NCBI GenBank assembly: GCA_964416745.1
Contig: CAYQEV010000003.1
Location: forward strand, 1-56,820
Length of the DNA: 56,820 nt
Origin: an uncultured Woeseia sp.
GTDB lineage: Bacteria > Pseudomonadota > Gammaproteobacteria > Steroidobacterales > UBA11654
Direction of reading: 5' to 3'
Shown: in pieces, positions 1 to 9,192 of the stretch
Layout of the letters: the number at the start of each line of letters is the position of its first letter
Position numbering within the stretch: position 1 is the stretch's first letter
Made by a program: the position numbers and the translations under genes
Notes under the pieces: generated by a model
Seen by the model: only the letters and a program-made list of their open reading frames with translations
Told to the model about the DNA's origin: nothing
Database searches by the model: none

Positions 1-1590
1 AGCAAGATCTTTTAGGTAATTAGATAGTTGGTGCACAGACCTTTTTTCAGCCGCTCGGTTAATAACATCAGGGTAGTTTTGCAGCAAGGATATCAACTCT
101 AGCTCATGTTTGTTATTAAGGTTACGTATATTTTTTTTGCCAAGCGCCTGATTGTTTCTAAACCCTTTCTTTTTTATTTCTTGGATAACGCTACATATTC
201 TGGCGTTTGCATATTGAATATAATAGACAGGGTTTTGGTTATTTTGTTGTGTTGCCAACTCTAGGTCAAAATCTAAATGTTGGTCATTTGATCTGCTAAT
301 ATAAAAAAATCTAGCAGCATCAACACCAACCTCTTCATAAAGATCTCTCATTGGAACAAAATTACCTGAGCGGGTTGACATTTGTAGCTTTTTTTTGCCC
401 CTATAAAGAGCTACAAACTGCATGAGTATCACTTCTAAATCCTCAGGCTCATATTCCATTGAGGCTAGGCCCGCTTTAAGTCTTGCAATATAACCATGAT
501 GATCAGAACCAAGTATGTTAATAAGCCTATCAAACCCCCTGTCCTTCTTGTCAGCATGATAGCCAATATCAGAAGCAAAATAAGTACTTCTGCCATCTTC
601 TCTTATGACAACTCTGTCTTTATCATCTCCATAATTTGTTGTTTTCAACCAGGTTGCACCATCTTTTTTTACTAAAGAATTTTTATCCTCTAAACGCGCT
701 ACTATCTTTTTAATTTTTGATTCTTTGATCATGTTTTTTTCTGAAAACCAGTGATCAAATTCCACACCAAAATCACCCAAGTCTTTTTTGATTGTTTGTA
801 AGACATTTTGACAAACAGCCCCTGTTACTTTCTCAAAGACATCCTCTCCTATAGAGCCCCTAACTATTGAGACCAAAGCATCAGTTTCTTCATCTTTATT
901 TAAACCTTTGGCTCTCTCATTGCCTAAAGATATGTTGTCTAGATTTACAAGTTGTTTTTTATTAACAAATTTTGCTATGTCTTTTATGTACCCACCTTGA
1001 TAGCAAGCCTTAGGAGGGGTTGTTTTAATCCCAGAGAGGTTCATAGCCTCAATTAAAACGCTTAAAACTAAGATATCAATTTGTCTTCCAGCGTCATTTA
1101 TATAATATTCTGTTTCAACTAAATGACCTGCTTTTTTTAAAAGCTTTGCCAGTGAGTCGCCAAAAGCAGCGTGACGACCATGACCAACATGTAGGGGCCC
1201 TGTAGGGTTTGAAGAAACAAACTCCAGCAATATAGATTCTTTGGAGCCCGGATCTTGAGTCCCAAAAGCACTTTGCTTATCTATTATTGATATCAAAACA
1301 TCAGCTTTAACTTCATGTTCAATAAAAAAGTTAATAAAACCCGGCTGAATAGCCTCAGTTTCTTTTAGCCAACTTGGCTTGTCTATAGAGTTAGAGATCG
1401 ATGTTGCAAGCTCAAAAGGGCTTAAACCCACTTGTTTGCTAAGCTTTAAGGCAATATTAGATGAAAAATCACCAAAATCAGGCTTAACTGATCTGCTGAT
1501 TTCTATCTCAAGGTTTTTAGCATCGTTGCTGCCAAGAATTTTTTCTGTAGCAATGGTTTTTTGTAATAATTTTTTTAACTTATTTTTCAA
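1..1590 (-). CDS. argS: Arginine--tRNA ligase, partial (C-terminal ~45 aa lie beyond the window start)
   Basis: The minus-strand frame is open from position 1 to a TTG at 1590, with an in-frame stop at 1606-1608 just upstream. My translation starts LKNKLKKLLQKTIATEKILG..SRSVKPDFGDFSSNIALKLSK and contains ..ILLEFVSSNPTGPLHVGHGRHAAFGDSLAKLL, the class I HIGH motif in ArgS context. The window-edge end reads ..HQLSNYLKDLA, an ArgS anticodon-domain motif. It is absent from the ORF track because there is no stop in the window. Confidence 0.9.
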   Translation of the reverse strand, partial: MKNKLKKLLQKTIATEKILGSNDAKNLEIEISRSVKPDFGDFSSNIALKLSKQVGLSPFELATSISNSIDKPSWLKETEAIQPGFINFFIEHEVKADVLISIIDKQSAFGTQDPGSKESILLEFVSSNPTGPLHVGHGRHAAFGDSLAKLLKKAGHLVETEYYINDAGRQIDILVLSVLIEAMNLSGIKTTPPKACYQGGYIKDIAKFVNKKQLVNLDNISLGNERAKGLNKDEETDALVSIVRGSIGEDVFEKVTGAVCQNVLQTIKKDLGDFGVEFDHWFSEKNMIKESKIKKIVARLEDKNSLVKKDGATWLKTTNYGDDKDRVVIREDGRSTYFASDIGYHADKKDRGFDRLINILGSDHHGYIARLKAGLASMEYEPEDLEVILMQFVALYRGKKKLQMSTRSGNFVPMRDLYEEVGVDAARFFYISRSNDQHLDFDLELATQQNNQNPVYYIQYANARICSVIQEIKKKGFRNNQALGKKNIRNLNNKHELELISLLQNYPDVINRAAEKRSVHQLSNYLKDLA

Positions 1591-1615
1591 TCTTTTCTTC
1601 TTGTTCTAAAACTCA

Positions 1616-3607
1616 TTAAGACATGTCGATTGGGTCTATATCAATAACCCATCTTACGCCTTTACTCATGTCATTATTCTCAATAAACAATCTTACTTGA
1701 TTAAGTGTGGAATGAAGTTTTTTTCTATTTTTGTTTAATAGTAATATTTGACCCCTATATTTCCCTAGTTTTCTTTCAATGGGAGAAGAAATAGGCCCTA
1801 GAAATAAAGTTTTATGGTTTTTTAATGTTTCACCAAAACTACTGACTTTAGAGAGAAGCTCAAACACCTTTTTTTTATTAACCGCCTCTGCCCTTAATAG
1901 AGCCGCACCATAATAGGGCGGCCACAAATGTTTAATCCTTTCTTCAATAGAGCTATTGAAAAAAGAATTATAATTATTGTTGATAATGTTTTGTAATAAA
2001 GGATGGCTTGGGTTGTGTGTTTGGATCACCACTAGACCTCTTTCACTCCTTCTGCCTGATCTACCAGAAGCTTGAAAATAATGTTGGGCAAATAACTCAC
2101 TGCTTCTAAAACCACTCCCAAACAAACCTTGGTCAGCATTTATTATTGCCACCATAGATAGATTTGGAAAATCATGACCTTTTGTTAGCATTTGTGTGCC
2201 TATCAAAATTTTTGCCTCACCTGAGTGTGCAAGCTCCATAGCAAGTTCTCGCTTTTTTTTGGACCTGGTGGTGTCTCGGTCTATTCTTAGTATTTTTTCA
2301 CCAGGAAACTCCTCTTTTAAACCTTCTTCAAGTTGTTGTGTGCCTTTGCCAACAATTACATTATTAGAACTACATTCGCTACATGATTGAGGTTGTGTTT
2401 TTTGATATGAACAATGATGACACCTTAGAAGGCTAATTGTTTTATGCAAAACCAAGCTTGTGTCACACCTTGGGCATTCTTCTATATGCCCACACTCTTC
2501 GCACATGGTTAAAGGGGCATACCCTCTTCTGTTTAAAAAGATTAACACTTGTTTGTTCTTGTTGATCTGTTCTGCTATGTCTTTAATTAGCGGCCTAGTT
2601 AACCCTTTGGTTATTGGGTGTACCCTCAGGTCTATTATTTTATTTTCAGGCAAGGGAGTTGAAAACACTCTTTTATTAATTTCAACTGCACCATATTTTT
2701 TCTTTTTTACATTAAACAAGCTTTCAAAAGATGGTGTGGCTGAACCTAAAAGTAGTTTTGCGTTGTGTTTTTTTGCTTTTACAACAGCCAGGTCCCTGGC
2801 TGAGTACATTAAACCGTTTTGTTGCTTGTAAGATTGATCATGCTCTTCATCAACAACAATAATCCCCAACGAAGCAAAAGGAGTAAAAATAGCAGACCTT
2901 GTTCCAACAACTAATTGCGCAAGACCTTTTTGTGCAGCAATCCAAACAGATGCTCTAACCTTGGGGCTGGTCCCAGAGTGTACAACATTAACTAAATCAC
3001 CAAAACGGTCAGTTAAAACATTGGCAGTTTGTGGGGTTAAGCCAATCTCTGGAACAAGAAACAATACTTGGTGGCCAAGACTCAGCTCTTTTTCAATTAG
3101 TCGCATATACACTTCTGTCTTGCCGCTTCCTGTGATTCCGTTAAGGAGAAGAGTGCTTTTATTTTTAAAATATTTTTCGGATTCTTTTAGGGCGCTTTTT
3201 TGAGCATCGGTTAAGATTTTTCTCTTTTCTGCTACAGCCACAAAACCTTTGTCTTTAATTTTGTTTGGGTATTTAGACTCTCTTAAATACTTGGGAACAA
3301 TAGTTGAGTAAACCATACCAATAGGGTAATGATAGTAATTTGAGCACCACTTAATCAGATCTCTTGTGTGGTTATCTATAACTGGTGTTTCATCAATAAT
3401 TTCTGTAAAAGGCCTTAACTTTCTATTACTTATTTTGGATGAAGAGCTAATATCATGTATAAACCCCAACCTTTTTTTATTCCCAAAAGGCACGTGAATT
3501 CGTTGACCAATTTGTGGTTTTATCTTAGATTCTGGGTTTACGCTATAGTCAAAAAGCGATTTAACGGGTGTTTGTATAGCAATATTTAGTATTGATTTTT
3601 TCAGCAC
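1616..3607 (-). CDS. priA: Primosomal protein N' (replication restart helicase PriA)
   Basis: 663 aa. Walker A GITGSGKTEVY, Walker B VVDEEHD, and Cys-rich zinc-binding region CEECGHIEECPRCDTSLVLHK..LRCHHCSY..CSECSS, typical of PriA. Confidence 0.93.
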   Translation of the reverse strand: MLKKSILNIAIQTPVKSLFDYSVNPESKIKPQIGQRIHVPFGNKKRLGFIHDISSSSKISNRKLRPFTEIIDETPVIDNHTRDLIKWCSNYYHYPIGMVYSTIVPKYLRESKYPNKIKDKGFVAVAEKRKILTDAQKSALKESEKYFKNKSTLLLNGITGSGKTEVYMRLIEKELSLGHQVLFLVPEIGLTPQTANVLTDRFGDLVNVVHSGTSPKVRASVWIAAQKGLAQLVVGTRSAIFTPFASLGIIVVDEEHDQSYKQQNGLMYSARDLAVVKAKKHNAKLLLGSATPSFESLFNVKKKKYGAVEINKRVFSTPLPENKIIDLRVHPITKGLTRPLIKDIAEQINKNKQVLIFLNRRGYAPLTMCEECGHIEECPRCDTSLVLHKTISLLRCHHCSYQKTQPQSCSECSSNNVIVGKGTQQLEEGLKEEFPGEKILRIDRDTTRSKKKRELAMELAHSGEAKILIGTQMLTKGHDFPNLSMVAIINADQGLFGSGFRSSELFAQHYFQASGRSGRRSERGLVVIQTHNPSHPLLQNIINNNYNSFFNSSIEERIKHLWPPYYGAALLRAEAVNKKKVFELLSKVSSFGETLKNHKTLFLGPISSPIERKLGKYRGQILLLNKNRKKLHSTLNQVRLFIENNDMSKGVRWVIDIDPIDMS

Positions 3608-4713
3608 CCTATAGACTTTATCCCATTGCTAACCAATTCTAATCCTTGTGATAAATAATCAGAATGAGAACCGATACCAAACCTTAAGTAACCATCCATA
3701 CCGTAACAGTCACCAGGAACAATCAAAACGCTTTGCTCAATTCTTAGTTTGTGAGCAAACTCCATGCTATTAATATCCATTTTGTAGCCCACAAAAGCCA
3801 TCCCTCCAGCTTGTGGTGGAACAAAAGTAAACAATCCGTTATGAGAATCCAACCAGGATTGAAATAATTTTAGGTTGTTATTTAGCATTTCACTAGACCT
3901 CGATAAAACTTGTCCCCTAGTTTTTTTTGCCATAATTTTTATTGCTATTTCTTGGGACAAAACAGAAGCACATAGTGACGTATAATCTTTGTGGGCCCAA
4001 ATTTCTTCAACCAATTCTTCATTGGCAACCAACCAGCCGATTCTTAGACCTGGGTGGGCAAAAGATTTTGATAGCCCACAGCACACAATTGCTTTTTCGT
4101 AAAACTCTATAAAACTTTTGGTTTCTTTGCCATCAAGCTCTGAGCCACGATAAACTTCATCTGAATGAACATAAGCATCATTGGTTCTTGCAATCGATGC
4201 AATAGAAGTCATTTCTTCATCTGTCATAACAGCCCCAGTTGGATTGTTGGGGTTACAGATGGAAATTAATTTAGTATTAGGGGTAACAATTTCCTCTAAC
4301 TCATTTAAATCGAGACGCCACCCCAGTTCCTCTTTAAGGTTTATGGTTTTTATTTCAGCACCAAAATTTTTGGCCAAACCAGGCACTTGCATATAATTTG
4401 GCAACACCATAACCACCTCATCACCAGGCTTAACTAACGTCCAAGCCATTATAAAATTAGCCTCAGCAGAGCCACTAGTTAGTAGAATATTTGACTCGTT
4501 GGTGTTGGGGTACCAGTCTTTAATTAAATTGAGCAAACGAGGGTCACCCTGTGTATAACCGTAGTAGATTTCCATTGATAAAAACCTCTCAATTTCATCT
4601 TTATCAAGCAAATCATTAATAGACATTGGATGATTGCCGCTATCACTAAGGTTAAAATCCACCTCATTTTCATAGACGGACTGAAAGCGCTCCATTTCAA
4701 ATCTTACAAACAT
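3601..4713 (-). CDS. Class I/II PLP-dependent aminotransferase (substrate unknown)
   Basis: 370 aa. ICNPNNPTG motif and PLP-lysine motif GLSKSFAHPGLRIGW. Overlaps the priA start by 7 nt. The start could be M1 or M7 (MERFQS). Confidence 0.85.
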   Translation of the reverse strand: MFVRFEMERFQSVYENEVDFNLSDSGNHPMSINDLLDKDEIERFLSMEIYYGYTQGDPRLLNLIKDWYPNTNESNILLTSGSAEANFIMAWTLVKPGDEVVMVLPNYMQVPGLAKNFGAEIKTINLKEELGWRLDLNELEEIVTPNTKLISICNPNNPTGAVMTDEEMTSIASIARTNDAYVHSDEVYRGSELDGKETKSFIEFYEKAIVCCGLSKSFAHPGLRIGWLVANEELVEEIWAHKDYTSLCASVLSQEIAIKIMAKKTRGQVLSRSSEMLNNNLKLFQSWLDSHNGLFTFVPPQAGGMAFVGYKMDINSMEFAHKLRIEQSVLIVPGDCYGMDGYLRFGIGSHSDYLSQGLELVSNGIKSIGC

Positions 4714-4759
4714 AATGCTGAGAATAACATACTCTGAAAGTTGAGATAACTGTCTTTAT

Positions 4760-6139
4760 TTAAAGCTCTTTTATTGATTGAACTAGATCTGTGGCCACGT
4801 CCTTTCCATCTCCGTATAGCATTCTAGTGTTATCTAAAAAGAATAAACTGTTTTCAATGCCTGAGAAACCAGCACCCTGGCCTCGTTTGACAACTATAAC
4901 ATTTGAAGAGTAATCAGCATCAAGTATAGGCATTCCATAAATAGGACTAGATGGATCGGTTCTAGCGACAGGGTTAACCACATCATTAGCGCCAATCACC
5001 AAAGCCACATCACAACTTTTAAATTCTTGGTTGATCTCATCAGCATCATAAATTAAATCATAAGGAACCCCAGCCTCTGCTAATAAGACATTCATATGAC
5101 CTGGCATTCTTCCTGCAACAGGGTGTATAGCAAACTTTACATCAACACCTCGATCGATAAGCAATTGACAATATTCCCATACTTTTTGTTGGGCTTGTGC
5201 AACAGCCATACCGTAACCCGGTATAACAATAACTTTTTGAGCAAAAGCCATCATGATGCTGGCATCGTTTGCTTCAATGGGCTTCATTTCTCCTTGTGTG
5301 TTTTCTTCTGATGACAGAGCACCACTGTCACCAAAACCACTAAACAAAACATTAGCCAATGAGCGGTTCATAGCTTTGGCCATTAGTTGGGTCAGTAGCG
5401 TCCCAGCAGAACCAACAACTGTTCCTGCTATTATCATTGAGTAATTTTGTAGAACATATCCCTCAAGACCAACAGCCAAACCAGTTAAAGCGTTATATAA
5501 AGAGATTACGACAGGCATATCGGCACCACCTATTGGAAGCGTCATTGTGACACCTAAAATAAGAGCAACAACAAACACTAATACAATAGGGTTATCGATA
5601 TAGTTTAGCCCAAGAACAATAAACAACGAAAAGATAGTCGCCGTTAACAAGATGCTTAAATTTAAAATATTCTGGCCTTTAAACCTGAAGGATCCTTTAA
5701 TAAGCCCTTGTAATTTACCAAAAGCAATTAAGCTGCCAGAGAATGAGATAGAACCAATTACACCCCCAACTAATGCCAAAATTACAAAACTTAATTGAAG
5801 TTGGTGTCCTTTAAAAAGCTCAACAGCAGCTATCGCTGCAGCTGCTCCTCCACCCATGCCGTTATACAATGCAATCATTTGTGGCATATCGGTCATTTCA
5901 ACTTTTTTTGCAGTAATGCCTGCAATAATACTTCCTATGAGTATCGCAACTAAAATTAACAAGAGGTTCTCTATGCCTGGGTAGAAAAAAGTTACAGCAG
6001 TGGCTAACAACATTCCTACACCGGCCCAGATAATTCCTGTTCTAGCAGTGGTTGGTGAGCTCATTTTTTTTAAGCCAAGAATGAACAAGATGGCTGCAAC
6101 TACATAAGCGCTTTGAATTATTACCTCAAGGTTTGTCAT
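4760..6139 (-). CDS. pntB: NAD(P) transhydrogenase subunit beta
   Basis: 459 aa. N-terminal multi-TM region plus a C-terminal NADP(H)-binding domain (..VIVIPGYGMAVAQAQ..FAIHPVAGRMPGHMNVLLAEA..). Confidence 0.93.
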   Translation of the reverse strand: MTNLEVIIQSAYVVAAILFILGLKKMSSPTTARTGIIWAGVGMLLATAVTFFYPGIENLLLILVAILIGSIIAGITAKKVEMTDMPQMIALYNGMGGGAAAAIAAVELFKGHQLQLSFVILALVGGVIGSISFSGSLIAFGKLQGLIKGSFRFKGQNILNLSILLTATIFSLFIVLGLNYIDNPIVLVFVVALILGVTMTLPIGGADMPVVISLYNALTGLAVGLEGYVLQNYSMIIAGTVVGSAGTLLTQLMAKAMNRSLANVLFSGFGDSGALSSEENTQGEMKPIEANDASIMMAFAQKVIVIPGYGMAVAQAQQKVWEYCQLLIDRGVDVKFAIHPVAGRMPGHMNVLLAEAGVPYDLIYDADEINQEFKSCDVALVIGANDVVNPVARTDPSSPIYGMPILDADYSSNVIVVKRGQGAGFSGIENSLFFLDNTRMLYGDGKDVATDLVQSIKEL

Positions 6140-6419
6140 TGTCTTTGCTCGATTTAAACATTTCTAACATTCTCTCGGTCACAACGTACCCGCCTACAGC
6201 ATTCCCTGAGGCAAGTAAAACGCCTATAAAGCCAATTGTTTTCTCTAAAGTGTTATCAGCTAACCCCAAAGCAATAATTGCTCCGACTAAAACAACACCA
6301 TGAATAAAATTAGACCCAGACATTAATGGTGTGTGGAGTATCGCTGGGACTTTTGAAATTACTTCATACCCAGTAATAGCCGCTAGTAAGAAAATATAAA
6401 TTGCAACAAAGGCTTCCAT
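6126..6419 (-). CDS. pntAB: NAD(P) transhydrogenase alpha subunit part 2 (membrane piece)
   Basis: 97 aa, three predicted TM helices, motif ..HTPLMSGSNFIHGVV.. as in the split PntAB of Rhodospirillum-type enzymes. Overlaps pntB by 14 nt. Confidence 0.88.
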   Translation of the reverse strand: MEAFVAIYIFLLAAITGYEVISKVPAILHTPLMSGSNFIHGVVLVGAIIALGLADNTLEKTIGFIGVLLASGNAVGGYVVTERMLEMFKSSKDNDKP

Positions 6420-6431
6420 TGTTAACTTGAG

Positions 6432-7544
6432 TTAGTGCTCAGCACTAAACGTTATTTCTCCATTTTTTGTTAGGTTAGAGTCTCTAAAAACCTCATCTTC
6501 CCAGTCAACAATTAACCCTTTTTCAGTTATTGCTGGAGATAAAAAATTTGAAAGGTTTCTCGCGTATAATTCACTTGCATGTTTTGGCATAGTAGCTGGT
6601 AAATTGGTCGGACCACAAACAATTACACCATTAAAGTTAATTGTTTCATCAGGTTTTGTTACTGAACAATTACCACCTGATATTGCTCCTAGGTCAACAA
6701 TCACAGAACCCGGTTGCATTGTCTTGACTGTTTCTTCATCGATAAGCTTGGGAGCAGGTTTACCTGGTACCGCAGCCGTTGTGATAACTACGTCTGACTC
6801 GCTTATGGTTTTTGCCAACACTTCTTTTTGTTGGTCTAGCTCATCTTTAGTTAACTCTCTGGCATAACCCCCTTCGCCCTCAGCTGATACCCCGGTATCA
6901 AGAAATTTTGCCCCCAAGGACTCAATCTGTTCTTTTGTGCTGCTTCTTACATCAAAGGCTAAAACTCTTGAACCAAGACGTTTAGCAGTTGCGATGGCTT
7001 GTAAACCAGCAACGCCGGCTCCAATGACCAAGGTTTGCGCAGGCCTTACAGTCCCAGCAGCCGTTGTTAACATAGGAAAAAATTTATTTGAGTGATTTGC
7101 AGCAAGCAACACCGACTTGTACCCAGCAATGGAGGCTTGTGATGATAAGGCATCCATTGATTGGGCCCTTGATATTCTTGGTATTAGCTCAACAGAAAAG
7201 GACACGATATTTTGTTGAGCCATTAATTTAATAAGGTCTTTATTTTGAAAGGGGTTCATAAACCCAACCACAACGGTTTTTTCTTTTAGGACAGCTACCT
7301 CTTCCTTTAATGGCGGGCTCACCTTTAATAATACGTTGCAAGCCTTAAGAACCTCTTCACTGGACCCAATAAAATTGCAGTTGTCAGGATAATCGGAGTC
7401 ATGATAACCAGCTAAGAGACCACTGTTTTTTTGGAGGACAAACTCGACACCAGACCCTGATAGTTTTTGGCAAATTTCAGGCACAATAGCCACTCTAGTC
7501 TCGTTATTAACCGATTCTTTTAGGATCCCAATCTTTATAGTCAT
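6432..7544 (-). CDS. pntAA: NAD(P) transhydrogenase alpha subunit part 1 (soluble NAD(H)-binding dI)
   Basis: 370 aa. Alanine-dehydrogenase-like fold signature, Rossmann VIGAGVAGLQAIATAKRLG, no TM region. Confidence 0.92.
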   Translation of the reverse strand: MTIKIGILKESVNNETRVAIVPEICQKLSGSGVEFVLQKNSGLLAGYHDSDYPDNCNFIGSSEEVLKACNVLLKVSPPLKEEVAVLKEKTVVVGFMNPFQNKDLIKLMAQQNIVSFSVELIPRISRAQSMDALSSQASIAGYKSVLLAANHSNKFFPMLTTAAGTVRPAQTLVIGAGVAGLQAIATAKRLGSRVLAFDVRSSTKEQIESLGAKFLDTGVSAEGEGGYARELTKDELDQQKEVLAKTISESDVVITTAAVPGKPAPKLIDEETVKTMQPGSVIVDLGAISGGNCSVTKPDETINFNGVIVCGPTNLPATMPKHASELYARNLSNFLSPAITEKGLIVDWEDEVFRDSNLTKNGEITFSAEH

Positions 7545-7701
7545 AAGAAAATTAAGTTGTTTGTTTTCTTTGTCCCATTTATAGGTGCATCACACTAACA
7601 CGATTAGCGAAAAAACCAAGAAAAAAAAGAATAGAAATTCAATTATTATTTATAAAAAATTGTTTACTATTAGGTACAAAATAATATAAAAGATTAAGAG
7701 T

Positions 7702-8319
7702 ATGAACACCTACCATCAAACATTGAGAGTTGATATCACAGGACTGCCTTTAGAGTGGGTGGACTATAAAGAGGCGGTTAAACTTTATGCAGTCGATCAG
7801 GTTGTTTATACCTTAGGGAACGACCTTTATACAATATATGGTGGAATTAATGCAGCGTCTGGCAAACAAAGCTCTATAACTGTTAACTCAATTATTGCAA
7901 CTAACGGAAGGACCAAGCATTTTCAAGATAAAATGAGTCAATATACTCCTCCTCTTAACAATCAAACATTATTTAAGCGAGACAGTTATCTTTGCATGTA
8001 CTGCGGCGATCGATACAACAAGAGAGAGCTTACAAGAGACCATATTACTCCAATCAGTCAAGGTGGAAACGATGACTGGAACAATGTGGTTTCAGCATGT
8101 AAACGCTGCAACCATCACAAAGGAGGTAGAACCCCTGAGCAGGCTAAAGTTGAGTTACTAGCTATCCCCTTCGTGCCAAATTATGCAGAGTATATTTATC
8201 TACAAGGAAGAAATATTCTTGCAGACCAGATGGATTTTTTATTAGGTTATATTTCTAAATCAAGCCCTATTCACCACCGCATCGATCTAGAAAAAGATAA
8301 TCAAGATTGTCTGATTTAA
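7702..8319 (+). CDS. HNH endonuclease domain protein with uncharacterised N-terminal domain
   Basis: 205 aa. HNH/zinc motif CMYCGDRYNKRELTRDHITPISQGGNDDWNNVVSACKRCNHHKG. The N-terminal ~95 aa matches no motif I recognise. Confidence 0.8.
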   Translation: MNTYHQTLRVDITGLPLEWVDYKEAVKLYAVDQVVYTLGNDLYTIYGGINAASGKQSSITVNSIIATNGRTKHFQDKMSQYTPPLNNQTLFKRDSYLCMYCGDRYNKRELTRDHITPISQGGNDDWNNVVSACKRCNHHKGGRTPEQAKVELLAIPFVPNYAEYIYLQGRNILADQMDFLLGYISKSSPIHHRIDLEKDNQDCLI

Positions 8320-9179
8320 TACGAGCAATTTCTATACACTCAGGCATAGACCTCCAGTGCACAGATGACACCTTTAGTTTAACTTCCAAGCAACCCGCCC
8401 ACCTAAAGGTACATAATGAAGAGGCAGTTTATTTTTTAAAAGTTGCTGAAAATAATGACTTCAATAGATTTGTAGCAGAGGCAAGAGGTCTGGAGTTAAT
8501 ATCTTTAACAAACACGGTGCAGGCACCCCATGTTTTTAGTGTTGGGAATGTTGGAGATAACGCTTATATCCTCATGGAGTTTTTAGACATAAGACCACAA
8601 ACAAAACATTCAGCTCTTGAGTTAGGTAAACAGCTGGCCATAATGCATAAAACTAAGGCAGATTATTTTGGTTTAAATCAAACCAACTGGATAGGGTTGA
8701 CCAAACAACTCAATAAGCAAGAGACCGATTGGGTTGTTTTTTATAAGGACCAAAGACTGTTACCCCAATTAGAGATGGCTTATTCCAAAGGCTATTCTGC
8801 AGCACTTGAGGATAAAGCCACCCATCTTCTGAACAATCTGGATGTTTTTTTTGAGGATTATTCGCCTGTCTCTAGTTTATTACATGGCGACCTATGGTCG
8901 GGAAACTGGGGGACCCTTTGCAACAATAAACCAGTGATTTTTGACCCAGCCGTTTATTATGGTGACCGTGAGACCGACATTGCTATGACACTTTTATTTG
9001 GGGGTTTTTCTCAAGAGTTTTATGAGTCTTATAATAGCATTTGGCCAGTTTCATCAGGCTTCAACATAAGGCAAGACCTTTATAATCTTTACCATGTAAT
9101 AAACCATCTCAATATCTTTGGTATAAGTTATTTGCTCCAGTCAGAAAATTTATTGGACAAGCTGATATTAAAACTGTAA
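8307..9179 (+). CDS. Fructosamine/ketosamine kinase family protein (YniA-like)
   Basis: 290 aa from a TTG start. Collinear with E. coli YniA as I remember it, including LLHGDLWSGNW and IFDPAVYYGDRETDIAM. Overlaps the HNH gene by 13 nt. Confidence 0.85.
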   Translation: MSDLIRAISIHSGIDLQCTDDTFSLTSKQPAHLKVHNEEAVYFLKVAENNDFNRFVAEARGLELISLTNTVQAPHVFSVGNVGDNAYILMEFLDIRPQTKHSALELGKQLAIMHKTKADYFGLNQTNWIGLTKQLNKQETDWVVFYKDQRLLPQLEMAYSKGYSAALEDKATHLLNNLDVFFEDYSPVSSLLHGDLWSGNWGTLCNNKPVIFDPAVYYGDRETDIAMTLLFGGFSQEFYESYNSIWPVSSGFNIRQDLYNLYHVINHLNIFGISYLLQSENLLDKLILKL

Positions 9180-9192
9180 TCATGTTGCGATT

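Noticed and set aside
1379-1609. 76-aa plus-strand ORF from the track
   Set aside because: It lies entirely antisense to the argS coding frame, which has clear ArgS motifs. The sequence is low-complexity (..NFFNLFFNLFFLF) and there is no RBS. It is a shadow ORF.
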